Shown here: piece by piece, positions 55,156-64,000 of the stretch
Layout: each line of letters starts with the position of its first letter
How positions within the stretch are numbered: position 1 is the first letter of the stretch
Assembly (NCBI GenBank): GCA_900317125.1
Contig: ONFR01000020.1
Location: 345 to 64,344 of the forward strand
From: an uncultured Bacteroidales bacterium
GTDB taxonomy: Bacteria; Bacteroidota; Bacteroidia; Bacteroidales; P3
Reading direction: 5' to 3'
DNA length: 64,000 nucleotides
Program-made: the position numbers and the translations under genes
The notes under the pieces: model-generated
The model's database searches: none
Told to the model about the DNA's origin: nothing
Seen by the model: the letters and a program-made list of their open reading frames with translations, nothing else

Positions 55156-57389
55156 ATACGGCGCACCTCCTCTATGCCTTCTATCCGTTCGAGGTTTTCG
55201 AGCAGATGGTTGAGATTGTCGAGGTTGAGGACGTAGAGCATGATGATGCCGCGGACGATGCCTTCGACGGCCTCGAGGGTGATGGCGCGCATGTTGAGGT
55301 CCATCTCGCCGGTGACGATGCCGGTGATTTCCTGCAGAAGGCCTTTACGGTCGATGGCGGTAAAGGCGATGCCGGAGAGCAGGGCGACGTGCTCGCCGGG
55401 ACGCCAGCGGGCACGGACAATACGGTTCTCATGGTTGGCCATCTCGTCCATGGCCACTTTGCAGTTGGTGCGGTGCACCATGATTTTGCCGTCGGTGACG
55501 ATGCCCACGACGCTGTCGCCTTGCACGGGTTTGCAGCAAGGGGCGGGTTCGGTGGCGTAGCGCTCATACTCCTCGTCGAGGAGGAAGGAGCGTTGGTTGC
55601 TGCCGGAGGAGGAGGTGTTGAGGTTGATGGCGGTGCTGTCCTTGTCGAAGAGGGAGGTGTATTCGCCCATGAAGTAGGTGTTGTGGTTGGGGTTGAAGCC
55701 TTTGCCGAAACACTGGGCGATGTCGTTGTGGGAGGTGATGCCCATGGCGAGCTGGAAAAAGAGGTCGATGTCGCTTTTGAGACCCAGGAAACGCTTAATT
55801 TGTCCGATGGTGGCGGAGGAGTAGGGCAGATTGAGTTTGGCTAGGATTTCCTGCAAGCGTATTTTGCCTTCTTCGCGATAACCTTTGCGCTGGGCGCGGA
55901 GATAGTCCTTGATGGCTTCGCGGGCGCGGGAAGTCTTCACCATGCCGAGCCACTCATCGGTGGGATGGGTTTTGCGGCTGGTGAGAATCTGCACCTGCTC
56001 GCCGGCACGTAAGACATGGCCGATGGGCTCGACTTTGCCGTTGACTTTGGCACCCATGCAATGGAGGCCGAGGTTGGTGTGGATGGTGAAGGCGAAGTCG
56101 AGGACGGTGGAGTGAGCGGGCAGTTTGACCATCTGCCCCTTGGGGGTGAAGAGGTATATCTCCTTGATGTAGAGGGTATCTTTGAATTCCTCGACGAGGT
56201 CGAGGGCGCTCTTTTCGGTGTTCTCAAGGGTGCTGCGTATCTGTTGGAGCCATATCTCGACGGGGCTGTTCTCGATGTTTTCCTCCGGGTGGGCCTCTTT
56301 GTAGAGGAAGTGGGCGGCCATGCCTTTCTCGGCGATGAGGTCCATGCGCTGGGTGCGTATCTGCACCTCCACCCACTGGCCGATGGGGGTCATGACGGTT
56401 GTTTGAAGCGACTCGTAGCCATTGGTCTTGGGGGTGGTAATCCAGTCGCGGAAGCGGGTGGGGTCGGGCGGGAAAGCGGAGGAGATGAGCGAGTAGACCT
56501 TGAAGCACTCGGACTTCTCGGCATCGAGGGGCACGTCGAGGATGATGCGCATGGCGTAAAGGTCGTAGATTTCGTCGAATTTGACACCTTTGCGCTCCAT
56601 CTTTTTCCAGCAGCTGTAGACGGACTTGATGCGGGTTTTGATGGTGTATTTGTAGCCGTTGGCGTCGAGCATGCGGGTGACTGGTTGGGTGAAGCACTCT
56701 TTGAGGCGATCCTCAGTGCCGGCGGTTTTGTTGATGAGGGCAGCAATCTCGTTGTATTTTTCGGGATTGGTGTATTTCATCACCAGCTCCTCGAGTTCGG
56801 TCTTGATGGAGTAAAGGCCCAGACGGTGGGCAAGAGGGATGTAGAGGTATTGTGTCTCGGAGGAGATGGCAAGCTTCTTGGTGTCTTTCATGGAGCCGAG
56901 GGTGCGCATGTTGTGCAGGCGGTCGCAGAGTTTGAGGAAGATGACGTAGGCATCGTTGCACATGGACAGCAGTATCTTGCGGTAGTTCTCGGCCTGCTTG
57001 GACTCGGTGGACTGCATGATGAAGACATCCTCGATTTTGGTGACACCGTCGACAATGACGGCCACACGGTCGCCGAAGATGGTGCGAATCTGGTCGAGGG
57101 TGATGTCGGTGTCCTCCACCACATCGTGCAGCAGAGCGCAGACCACGGCAATGGGGCCTAGACCCACTTCCTGCACGGCGATGAGGGCCACGGCAAGGGG
57201 ATGGAAGATATAGGGCTCGCCGGACTTGCGGCGGGTGCCGGAATGGGCTTTCTTGGCCAAAGAGAAGGCACGGAAGATTTCGTCCTCCTGTTTTTGGGTG
57301 AGCGGGGAGTTTTGGCGGCATGCCGCTAATAATTCTTCGTATTTGGCCTGGATTTCTTTTTCCTCGCGGGCCTCGTCGATCACATACAT
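55152..57389 (-). CDS. relA: Bifunctional (p)ppGpp synthetase/hydrolase (RelA/SpoT homologue)
   Basis: HD domain 'HPLAVALI...LLHDVVEDT', a synthetase region, a TGS-like region ('YLFTPKGQMVKLPAHSTVLDFAF') and a C-terminal ACT-like region. Confidence 0.85.
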   Translation of the reverse strand: MYVIDEAREEKEIQAKYEELLAACRQNSPLTQKQEDEIFRAFSLAKKAHSGTRRKSGEPYIFHPLAVALIAVQEVGLGPIAVVCALLHDVVEDTDITLDQIRTIFGDRVAVIVDGVTKIEDVFIMQSTESKQAENYRKILLSMCNDAYVIFLKLCDRLHNMRTLGSMKDTKKLAISSETQYLYIPLAHRLGLYSIKTELEELVMKYTNPEKYNEIAALINKTAGTEDRLKECFTQPVTRMLDANGYKYTIKTRIKSVYSCWKKMERKGVKFDEIYDLYAMRIILDVPLDAEKSECFKVYSLISSAFPPDPTRFRDWITTPKTNGYESLQTTVMTPIGQWVEVQIRTQRMDLIAEKGMAAHFLYKEAHPEENIENSPVEIWLQQIRSTLENTEKSALDLVEEFKDTLYIKEIYLFTPKGQMVKLPAHSTVLDFAFTIHTNLGLHCMGAKVNGKVEPIGHVLRAGEQVQILTSRKTHPTDEWLGMVKTSRAREAIKDYLRAQRKGYREEGKIRLQEILAKLNLPYSSATIGQIKRFLGLKSDIDLFFQLAMGITSHNDIAQCFGKGFNPNHNTYFMGEYTSLFDKDSTAINLNTSSSGSNQRSFLLDEEYERYATEPAPCCKPVQGDSVVGIVTDGKIMVHRTNCKVAMDEMANHENRIVRARWRPGEHVALLSGIAFTAIDRKGLLQEITGIVTGEMDLNMRAITLEAVEGIVRGIIMLYVLNLDNLNHLLENLERIEGIEEVRRI

Positions 57390-57418
57390 AGTTGTCGGGT
57401 TTTTAATGGCTCAAGACA

Positions 57419-57982
57419 TCATAAAAATAATAAAATCAGGGAGAACAAAGTCCCCACGGAGAGGCCGAGGCCAAAAGTGACATACACGCCGTCGAAGTTG
57501 GTCATCACCCCCAGCGTCCCGCTGGAATAGCAGAAGCCCCTCATGCCTTCGGGCGATGCCCAGCGGATGCCGGCCTCGAGCGAGGGCCGGACGCGGCGGA
57601 AAGAGCCGTCCTCGCAACAGACTCCGGCATTTGCGTACAGGTGCCAGTCGTAGCGGCTCCAGGGTTTCGAAAGCCGGTATGCAGCACCGCCGGAGAGCCA
57701 AAGATTGGCATATCCCACGTTGCCGGCCAGGTTGAAACCCCATATCTCGGGCAGGTAGGTATAGTCGAGCCCCACCCCTGCGTCATATAATCCGGTAAAG
57801 AGTCGTATTTCGGCAAAATGGTTGCAGAAAGGGCTTCCGAAATAGCGGATAGGGTTGACTTTGGGGGCGAAGTATTGGACAGTGTCGTAGGTGGCGGCCG
57901 AGGTGTCGACCACATCACGGCTCTGTGCCGCGGCACAGAGCCAAGAAAGGATGAATGCAATGTATATCAGGGCTCTCCTCAT
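57419..57982 (-). CDS. Hypothetical secreted or outer-membrane protein
   Basis: Signal peptide 'MRRALIYIAFILSWLCAAAQS'. Gly/Tyr/aromatic-rich beta-like sequence. Confidence 0.45.
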   Translation of the reverse strand: MRRALIYIAFILSWLCAAAQSRDVVDTSAATYDTVQYFAPKVNPIRYFGSPFCNHFAEIRLFTGLYDAGVGLDYTYLPEIWGFNLAGNVGYANLWLSGGAAYRLSKPWSRYDWHLYANAGVCCEDGSFRRVRPSLEAGIRWASPEGMRGFCYSSGTLGVMTNFDGVYVTFGLGLSVGTLFSLILLFL

Positions 57983-57985
57983 GAA

Positions 57986-59017
57986 TCACTCCATATTGGA
58001 TTTCTCTTGGAGGCTGGCACGGATTTTTGCTTCGAGTTCGTCGCAGAGTTCGGGGTTGTCGCGCAGCACTTGCTTGAGGGCCTCGCGTCCCTGAGCAAGC
58101 TTGGTGTCGCCATAGCTGAACCAGGAGCCGCTCTTCTTGATAATCTCGTGTTCGACACCGAGGTCGATAATTTCGCCCAGCTTGGAGATGCCTTCGCCGA
58201 ACATAAGGTCGAACTCGCAGGTACGGAACGGAGGGGCCACCTTGTTCTTGACAATCTTCACCTTGACACGGTTGCCGACGTTCTGGTCGCCATCCTTGAT
58301 GGCTTGGATACGACGGATGTCGACACGCACAGAGGCATAGAACTTCAGGGCATTGCCGCCGGTGGTGGTTTCGGGATTGCCAAAGAGGACACCGATCTTC
58401 TCGCGCAGCTGGTTGATGAAGATGCAGCAGCAGTTGGTCTTGCTGATGGTGGAGGTGAGTTTGCGCATGGCCTGACTCATCAGACGGGCTTGGAGACCCA
58501 CCTTCGAGTCGCCCATCTCGCCGTCGATTTCGGCCTTGGGGGTCAGCGCCGCCACAGAGTCGACAACAATGATGTCAATGGCACCGGAGCGAATCAGATT
58601 GTCGGCAATCTCGAGAGCCTGCTCGCCGTTGTCGGGCTGGGAGACAAGCAGATTGTCAATATCCACACCGAGTTTCTTGGCATAGAAACTGTCGAAGGCA
58701 TGCTCGGCATCGATAAAGGCGGCAATACCGCCTTGTTTCTGACATTCGGCAATGGCATGGATGGCCAACGTGGTTTTACCCGACGACTCAGGGCCAAAGA
58801 TTTCGATGATACGCCCTTTGGGGAAACCGCCAACACCGAGAGCGGCATCGAGATTGATGCTGCCGGTGGAGATAACATCAACCTTCTCCGCGGCATGGTC
58901 GCCCAATTTCATCACCGAGCCTTTGCCATAGTTTTTTTCTATCTTATCAAGTGTACTTTGAAGAATCTTTAATTTTTCGAGTCTCTGGGCCTCGCTGTCG
59001 GACATCTCTTTTGCCAT
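57986..59017 (-). CDS. recA: Recombinase RecA
   Basis: '[20 protein letters not shown]', '[10 protein letters not shown]' and '[10 protein letters not shown]'. ATG at 59017. Confidence 0.95.
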   Translation of the reverse strand: MAKEMSDSEAQRLEKLKILQSTLDKIEKNYGKGSVMKLGDHAAEKVDVISTGSINLDAALGVGGFPKGRIIEIFGPESSGKTTLAIHAIAECQKQGGIAAFIDAEHAFDSFYAKKLGVDIDNLLVSQPDNGEQALEIADNLIRSGAIDIIVVDSVAALTPKAEIDGEMGDSKVGLQARLMSQAMRKLTSTISKTNCCCIFINQLREKIGVLFGNPETTTGGNALKFYASVRVDIRRIQAIKDGDQNVGNRVKVKIVKNKVAPPFRTCEFDLMFGEGISKLGEIIDLGVEHEIIKKSGSWFSYGDTKLAQGREALKQVLRDNPELCDELEAKIRASLQEKSNME

Positions 59018-59123
59018 AGTATACAATTATTTATATTATTATTACAGGTAAATTCCACAAGGGTTTTGAAAGATACAAATATACAATTTTTTTTTGAAAC
59101 CTCGCGATTATAAAAAAAAAGCG

Positions 59124-59131
59124 TATCTTTG
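59124..59131 (+). promoter_or_regulatory. -7 box (TATCTTTG) for the aminotransferase gene
   Basis: A-run followed by GCGTATCTTTGCA, 22 nt upstream of the ATG at 59153. This rules out the TTG at 59129 as the start. Confidence 0.55.
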
Positions 59132-59152
59132 CAGTCCAAATCATTTCGTACC

Positions 59153-60355
59153 ATGAACATTTTAAGCAATAGAATCCTGAACATGGCCGAGAGCGAGACC
59201 CTCGCCATGACAGCCAAAGCCCGTGAACTGAAAGCACAGGGGAAAGATGTGATAAGCCTCTCCATCGGTGAGCCCGACTTCAACACTCCCGAAATTGTAA
59301 AAGAAGCTGCAAAGCAGGCCATCGACGACAATTTCACCCACTATCCTCCTGTACCCGGTTATCCCGACCTGCGCGAGGCAGTGTGCCAGAAGTTTAAACG
59401 CGACAACAACCTCGACTTCAAACCCGAGCAGATTGTGGTGTCGACAGGTGCCAAGCAAAGCATCTATCAGGTGGTGCAGTGCCTGGTCAACCCCGGCGAC
59501 GAAGTCATCATCCCCACTCCCTACTGGGTTTCATACAAAGAGATCGTCCGCGTGGCCGAGGGCAAATGCGTCTATGTAAAGACCCTCATCGAGAACGATT
59601 TCAAGGTGACTCCCGAGCAGATTGAAGCCGCCATCACCCCCAGAACCAAACTCATCATGTTCTCCAGCCCCAGCAACCCCACCGGCATGCTCTACACCAA
59701 AGAGGAGCTGAAAGGCATTGCCGAGGTTGTGGCTCGCCATGAGAATGTCTTTATCATGGCCGACGAGATCTACGAGCACATCAACTTTGTCGGCAAACAC
59801 GAGAGCATTGCCCAGTTCCCCGAGGTCAGAGACCGCGTCATCACCATCAACGGTGTTGCCAAGGGATTTGCCATGACCGGCTGGCGTATCGGTTTCATCG
59901 CCGCTCCGCTGGAGATAGCCAAAGCCTGCAACAAGCTGCAGGGCCAGGTGACCAGCGCCACCTGCTCCATTGCACAGAAGGCCACCGTCCGCGCCATGCA
60001 GATGGACCCCAACACCAGCGAGGACATTATCAACATGCGCAACATCTTCCGCCAGCGCCGCGACATGGTGTACAAACTCCTGTGCGACATTCCCGGCCTG
60101 AAAGTGCGTCTGCCTCAGGGTGCCTTCTACTTCTTCCCCGATGTCAGCTCTTACTATGGCAAGAGTTTCAACGGCAATAAGATTGAGAACTCCACCGACA
60201 TGGCCTTCTACCTCCTCAACGAAGCCAACGTGGCCACAGTGATGGGCTCCGCCTTCGGCGACGACACCTGCATCCGCCTCAGCTACGCCACCAGCGAAGA
60301 GCTGCTCCGCGAAGCTCTCCGCCGCATCAAGGATGCACTGGCCAATCTGAAATAG
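59153..60355 (+). CDS. Class I PLP-dependent (aspartate-type) aminotransferase
   Basis: 'ISLSIGEPDFNTP', 'YPPVPGYPDLREA' and 'NGVAKGFAMTGWRIGF' (PLP lysine). Confidence 0.8.
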   Translation: MNILSNRILNMAESETLAMTAKARELKAQGKDVISLSIGEPDFNTPEIVKEAAKQAIDDNFTHYPPVPGYPDLREAVCQKFKRDNNLDFKPEQIVVSTGAKQSIYQVVQCLVNPGDEVIIPTPYWVSYKEIVRVAEGKCVYVKTLIENDFKVTPEQIEAAITPRTKLIMFSSPSNPTGMLYTKEELKGIAEVVARHENVFIMADEIYEHINFVGKHESIAQFPEVRDRVITINGVAKGFAMTGWRIGFIAAPLEIAKACNKLQGQVTSATCSIAQKATVRAMQMDPNTSEDIINMRNIFRQRRDMVYKLLCDIPGLKVRLPQGAFYFFPDVSSYYGKSFNGNKIENSTDMAFYLLNEANVATVMGSAFGDDTCIRLSYATSEELLREALRRIKDALANLK

Positions 60356-60376
60356 TCATCACGCATTCATCTATAC

Positions 60377-60411
60377 AATCCCCGTTCTGCTGTCAGGGTA
60401 GCACGGGGATT
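60377..60411 (+). terminator. Hairpin/terminator after the aminotransferase gene
   Basis: 9-bp stem AATCCCCGT / ACGGGGATT followed by CTTCTT. Confidence 0.45.
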
Positions 60412-60441
60412 CTTCTTATCCCGAAAACAGTTCACGCTATC

Positions 60442-61689
60442 ATGAGAATACTGCATACCGCCGATCTGCACTTAGGGCAGGTGTTGTATCAAAACTACAC
60501 CCGCGAGGACGAGCACGACCATTTCTTCCGCCAACTCGAGGAATGGTGCCGTAGCTATCAACCCGACGCATTGCTGGTGAGTGGCGACATTTTCGATATC
60601 CAGCAACCCGGTGCCACCACCAAACGTCGCTTTAACGAGTATTTTGTCTCCCTCCATAACGCCTTCCCCCAAATGGCAGTGGTCATCACCGCCGGGAACC
60701 ACGACTCCGCCTCCCGCATCCATGCCGACAATGTCGTCTGGAGTCTGGGAAATGTCAAGCTGGTAGGCCTTCCTCCTGCCGCCGACAGCCTCAGCCGCCC
60801 CGACGGATGGCAGCAGGACTATGTTGTTGAGATTCCCCAAGGGTACGTAATAGCCATGCCCTTCGTCACTGGCACACGCAAAGATATTGTGCAGGCACTC
60901 CTCGACTATGTGGCACAACGGAACATCGCACAGAAACCCGTGGTGCTCATGGGACACATGGCCGTCTCCGGCTCGGACTTCACAGGCCATGGTTTCGACA
61001 TCGGCCACCTGCAGACTATTGCCGTGTCCGACCTGGGCACAGGGTTCGACTATATGGCCCTTGGGCATATCCACCGCCCTCAGACCATCGGCCATGCCGA
61101 CGAACACGAGCCTGTCAGCACCTACCCGGCCGGTGTGGTTCGCTACTCAGGCAGCCCCCTGCACGTCAGCTGCGATGAGAAATTCCCCCATAGCGTCAGT
61201 TTAGTGGACATCGACCGGCACGGTGGCACGGTAACCGTGACGAAACTACGCATTGACGAACTACGCCATTTCTATGAATTGCCCCATACCGGCGCTGCCA
61301 CCACTGCCGACGAAGCCCTTGCCGCCGTAAAACAATTTGCCGAAGAAACAGGCTCAGGCTACTTCAGGCTTACGATTGATTACCACGCCTCCATCCCCGC
61401 CGACTTCGACCAGCAAATATACCGACTCATTGAACCCTACGGGGAGGAAATACGCTACAACCCCAAAAGGATAGAGACCAATGTGCCCGAAAAGGATGAC
61501 CAAGAGGACAAACCGGTCTTCCAAGTGGCCGAACTGCAGCAGATGACCGACCCCATGGAGTTTATCCGACAAACACAAAGCCACTACCCCGAACTGGACA
61601 TGGACGAGCTGGCACAGGCATTCCAGGAGGTCGAGGCCGAAGTGCGCCGCCAGTCCGAAACACCCAACACCCCCGCCCATGAAAATTAA
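60442..61689 (+). CDS. sbcD: Exonuclease SbcD (Mre11-family nuclease)
   Basis: 'MRILHTADLHLG', 'LLVSGDIFD', 'ITAGNHDS' and 'GHMAVSG'. Confidence 0.85.
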   Translation: MRILHTADLHLGQVLYQNYTREDEHDHFFRQLEEWCRSYQPDALLVSGDIFDIQQPGATTKRRFNEYFVSLHNAFPQMAVVITAGNHDSASRIHADNVVWSLGNVKLVGLPPAADSLSRPDGWQQDYVVEIPQGYVIAMPFVTGTRKDIVQALLDYVAQRNIAQKPVVLMGHMAVSGSDFTGHGFDIGHLQTIAVSDLGTGFDYMALGHIHRPQTIGHADEHEPVSTYPAGVVRYSGSPLHVSCDEKFPHSVSLVDIDRHGGTVTVTKLRIDELRHFYELPHTGAATTADEALAAVKQFAEETGSGYFRLTIDYHASIPADFDQQIYRLIEPYGEEIRYNPKRIETNVPEKDDQEDKPVFQVAELQQMTDPMEFIRQTQSHYPELDMDELAQAFQEVEAEVRRQSETPNTPAHEN

Positions 61690-64000
61690 AGAGCTCCACC
61701 TGCGCAACATTGCCTCTATCGAAAAGGCCGACATCAACTTCGAGACCGATTTAATCGATGGCGTGTCCGGCTGCCAAGCCCCTGTTTTCCTCATCTCAGG
61801 CGACACCGGCGTGGGCAAGTCCGTCCTGCTCGACGGCATCTGTCTTGCGCTTTACAAGACCACCCCCCGTATCGAAGACGTGACCGACTCGAAACAGAAC
61901 TTCTTCAAAGCCCACAAAGACGCCAAAGAGCCCATTGGCATCAACAACATAGGACAGTACACCCGCATCGGAATATCGCACAAGGACGAATGCTACAGCG
62001 AGGTTGTTTTCGAAGGGAACGACGGCATCGAATACCATGCACGCCTCGAACTGGGACTCAAACGCACCGGCGACCATGCCACGCCCAAATGGACCGTCAA
62101 GGCAGGCGACGACGACTGGGTGAGAGTGGACAGCCGCGACAGTCAGATTGAAAAAGCCGTCGGCTTGTCGTTCAAGCAGTTCAACCGTATGGCGATGCTG
62201 GCCCAAGGCCAGTTTGCCGCTTTCCTGTGCGGCGAGAAAAAAGAGCGCGAAGAAATCCTCGAACAACTCACCAACACCGAGATTTTCACCGTCTACGGCA
62301 ATGCCGTCAAGACGATTTTCGACAGGGCAAAGAAAGAGAAAGAGCTGGCAGAAGTCGCCCTCAGCACGGAGCAGAGCCATCTGCTCACCCCCGAACAGGT
62401 CGACGAACTGCAACAGCAGTGCAATGAGGAGGAGAAAAAAATATCCCAGCTTGGGAAACAGATGCAGGATCTTGACAACAGGCTACAGACAGCGTTGCGC
62501 ATCCATGACAACCGGCGCTTGGCGGCCGAGGCACAACAGAAAATCAACGCCGCCATCTCCTACGCCAGCAGCGACGAATTCAAAGCCATGAAGCAACTGG
62601 TTGAACGGTGGGACAAAACCGAACAGCAGCGCGAAACGCTCAAGGCAAAACACGATGCCGAGACATCAATAACACAGAACAATGAAAAGTTGGAACGTTG
62701 CCGCCAGCGTTACCTGGTGCTCTCGTCCGGTCTGCAGTGGCAGATGGAACAAAACGCTGCCCAAAGCTCCTCGTTGGAGTCTGAAAAGACTTGGCTATAC
62801 CAGCAAGGCGACCGCTCCGGGATGTACAACCGCGTGTCCGAGATAATCCTTTTGCTGAAGACCTACAGCAGTCAACAGGAAGACATCCGGCGTCACCAAC
62901 AAGCCAAGTCGGACGAAGAGAAGAAAACACCACTATTGGAAGAGGCGCTTGTGAAGGCCCAAAAAATCACCCAACAAGCAGCGACTGCCGTATCAGACAA
63001 ACAGAAAGCCATCGACAGCCTTGCCGAACAACGCACACGCCTCAACCCCGACGGCGTCAACCAAGCATTGGAACAGCTAAACAGCCAGTGGAACCTCTGC
63101 ACCAAATGGCAGGAACGGTACAACGACTTAGTCCGTCAACACGAAACACTTGCCCTCACAAAGAGCCAGTTGGAGGCACTGAAAGAGCAGCTGGACTCCG
63201 CCAAACACGAATCCGAAACTGCCGAAACCCTGTTTCAACAGGCAAAAAAGAGCCACGACACCTGCCTCACCCAGTACAATACTCTCAAGTTTGGACTCGA
63301 AGAGGACTTAAAAGCCTTGCGTCGTCGACTGATTTCGGAGCATGCCGAGACGTGCCCCCTCTGCGGACAACCACTCGAGCATATCCATAACGACCAAGAT
63401 TTCGTCCATCTGCTCTCCCCCATCGAAAAAGCACTGCAGGAGGCTCAAAAAGCGCTGGACAAGGCCATCAACCGCCGCGACACTGCCAAGACCCTCCACG
63501 ACCGTCTGAACGGCCAATACGAGGCCCAAACCAAGTCATTCGGCAACCAACAGAAAGAATGTAGCGATGCCGAGGAGCTACTCCGACAGGAAGTGTGCGA
63601 CAAGGGATGGGCATACAACGATGCATTTCCCAGCACTGTAGCGACACATCTCAACGAACTGTCTAAACAAAAAGAACACCTCAAGGAACTACAATCCCAA
63701 GCCGAATCGCTGCAGAAACAGCTGAATTCACTGCAAAAAGAGAAAGAGCAACTGATTAAGGCTCATGCTGATGCTCTCTCCGCTGAACATGCAGCCACGT
63801 CGCATCTTGAGCAGAACCGACAAAGCATCAACAACTTTGCTTTGCACCTCAACGAGATTGACCAAACCGTCAAAAACACCGTCGACCAAGTCAACGAGCG
63901 CATCGGAACCCATTACCCCGGCTGGAGGGAGGACGTGACAGGCACTGCCGAGCATCTGAAAAAGGCCGCAGAAGAGTATAAACAACGAGACGAACAGTAC
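61679..64000 (+). CDS. sbcC: Exonuclease SbcC (Rad50-family SMC-like ATPase), 3' end beyond the window
   Basis: Hand-translated. 'MKIKELHLRNIASIEKADINFE...FLISGDTGVGKSVLLDGICLALY' (Walker A), a long coiled coil and the zinc hook 'ETCPLCGQ' near 63350. The frame is open to base 64000. The gene is absent from the ORF track because no stop codon falls in the window. Confidence 0.85.
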   Translation, partial: MKIKELHLRNIASIEKADINFETDLIDGVSGCQAPVFLISGDTGVGKSVLLDGICLALYKTTPRIEDVTDSKQNFFKAHKDAKEPIGINNIGQYTRIGISHKDECYSEVVFEGNDGIEYHARLELGLKRTGDHATPKWTVKAGDDDWVRVDSRDSQIEKAVGLSFKQFNRMAMLAQGQFAAFLCGEKKEREEILEQLTNTEIFTVYGNAVKTIFDRAKKEKELAEVALSTEQSHLLTPEQVDELQQQCNEEEKKISQLGKQMQDLDNRLQTALRIHDNRRLAAEAQQKINAAISYASSDEFKAMKQLVERWDKTEQQRETLKAKHDAETSITQNNEKLERCRQRYLVLSSGLQWQMEQNAAQSSSLESEKTWLYQQGDRSGMYNRVSEIILLLKTYSSQQEDIRRHQQAKSDEEKKTPLLEEALVKAQKITQQAATAVSDKQKAIDSLAEQRTRLNPDGVNQALEQLNSQWNLCTKWQERYNDLVRQHETLALTKSQLEALKEQLDSAKHESETAETLFQQAKKSHDTCLTQYNTLKFGLEEDLKALRRRLISEHAETCPLCGQPLEHIHNDQDFVHLLSPIEKALQEAQKALDKAINRRDTAKTLHDRLNGQYEAQTKSFGNQQKECSDAEELLRQEVCDKGWAYNDAFPSTVATHLNELSKQKEHLKELQSQAESLQKQLNSLQKEKEQLIKAHADALSAEHAATSHLEQNRQSINNFALHLNEIDQTVKNTVDQVNERIGTHYPGWREDVTGTAEHLKKAAEEYKQRDEQY

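Noticed and set aside
56016-57161. 381-aa plus-strand ORF, and similar ORFs at 55206-55844, 57818-58972 and 50146-51063
   Set aside because: All are antisense to strongly supported genes (RelA/SpoT homologue, recA, amidase). The same codon-bias artefact explains them.

Overview
The window looks like a GC-rich Bacteroidales chromosome segment. Supporting signs are TAnnTTTG -7 promoter boxes, T9SS C-terminal sorting domains and a UpxY antiterminator. All calls are motif-level readings of the supplied translations; no database search was run.

Left to right:
- **1-1081:** a 5'-truncated esterase with a T9SS tail.
- **approx 1100-4220:** an AT-rich island next to tRNA-Ser(GGA). It carries a DUF2971-like gene tightly coupled to a Sel1-repeat lipoprotein, plus an ATPase gene remnant.
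- **4449-6083:** a DPP-III-like zinc hydrolase lipoprotein.
- **6460-35687:** a roughly 29 kb surface-glycan locus, all on the plus strand and headed by upxY.
  - It mixes an ABC exporter (wzm/wzt), GDP-fucose synthesis (gmd/fcl), Wza/Wzc and five glycosyltransferases.
  - It also holds an unusual set of non-sugar decoration genes: an ATP-grasp ligase, a DltA-like adenylase with a carrier protein and a double-GNAT-like protein, an opine-synthase-like dehydrogenase, and a CapK/PaaK-like ligase.
  - It is interrupted by odd 7-bp and 8-bp periodic palindromic repeat elements.
- **35689-42923:** rex, a long AT-rich leader, then a putative H2-sensing module followed by a catalytic hydrogenase and aspA. 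The module is a 2Fe-2S ferredoxin, a HydS-like sensory [FeFe]-hydrogenase with a PAS domain, and a PP2C phosphatase. The catalytic enzyme is a group-B-type [FeFe]-hydrogenase.
- **42988-43564:** two MITE-like elements.
- **43606-64000:** an LRR/T9SS surface protein and an ECF sigma operon, followed by housekeeping genes: pyrF, an ABC ATPase, an amidase, an LptD-like protein, a MerR regulator, mazG, a RelA/SpoT homologue, recA, an aminotransferase, sbcD and a 3'-truncated sbcC.

The most interesting candidates are the HydS-PP2C-hydrogenase module, the carrier-protein/opine glycan-decoration genes and the periodic repeat elements. Many long antisense or off-frame ORFs in the track are codon-bias shadows and were rejected.
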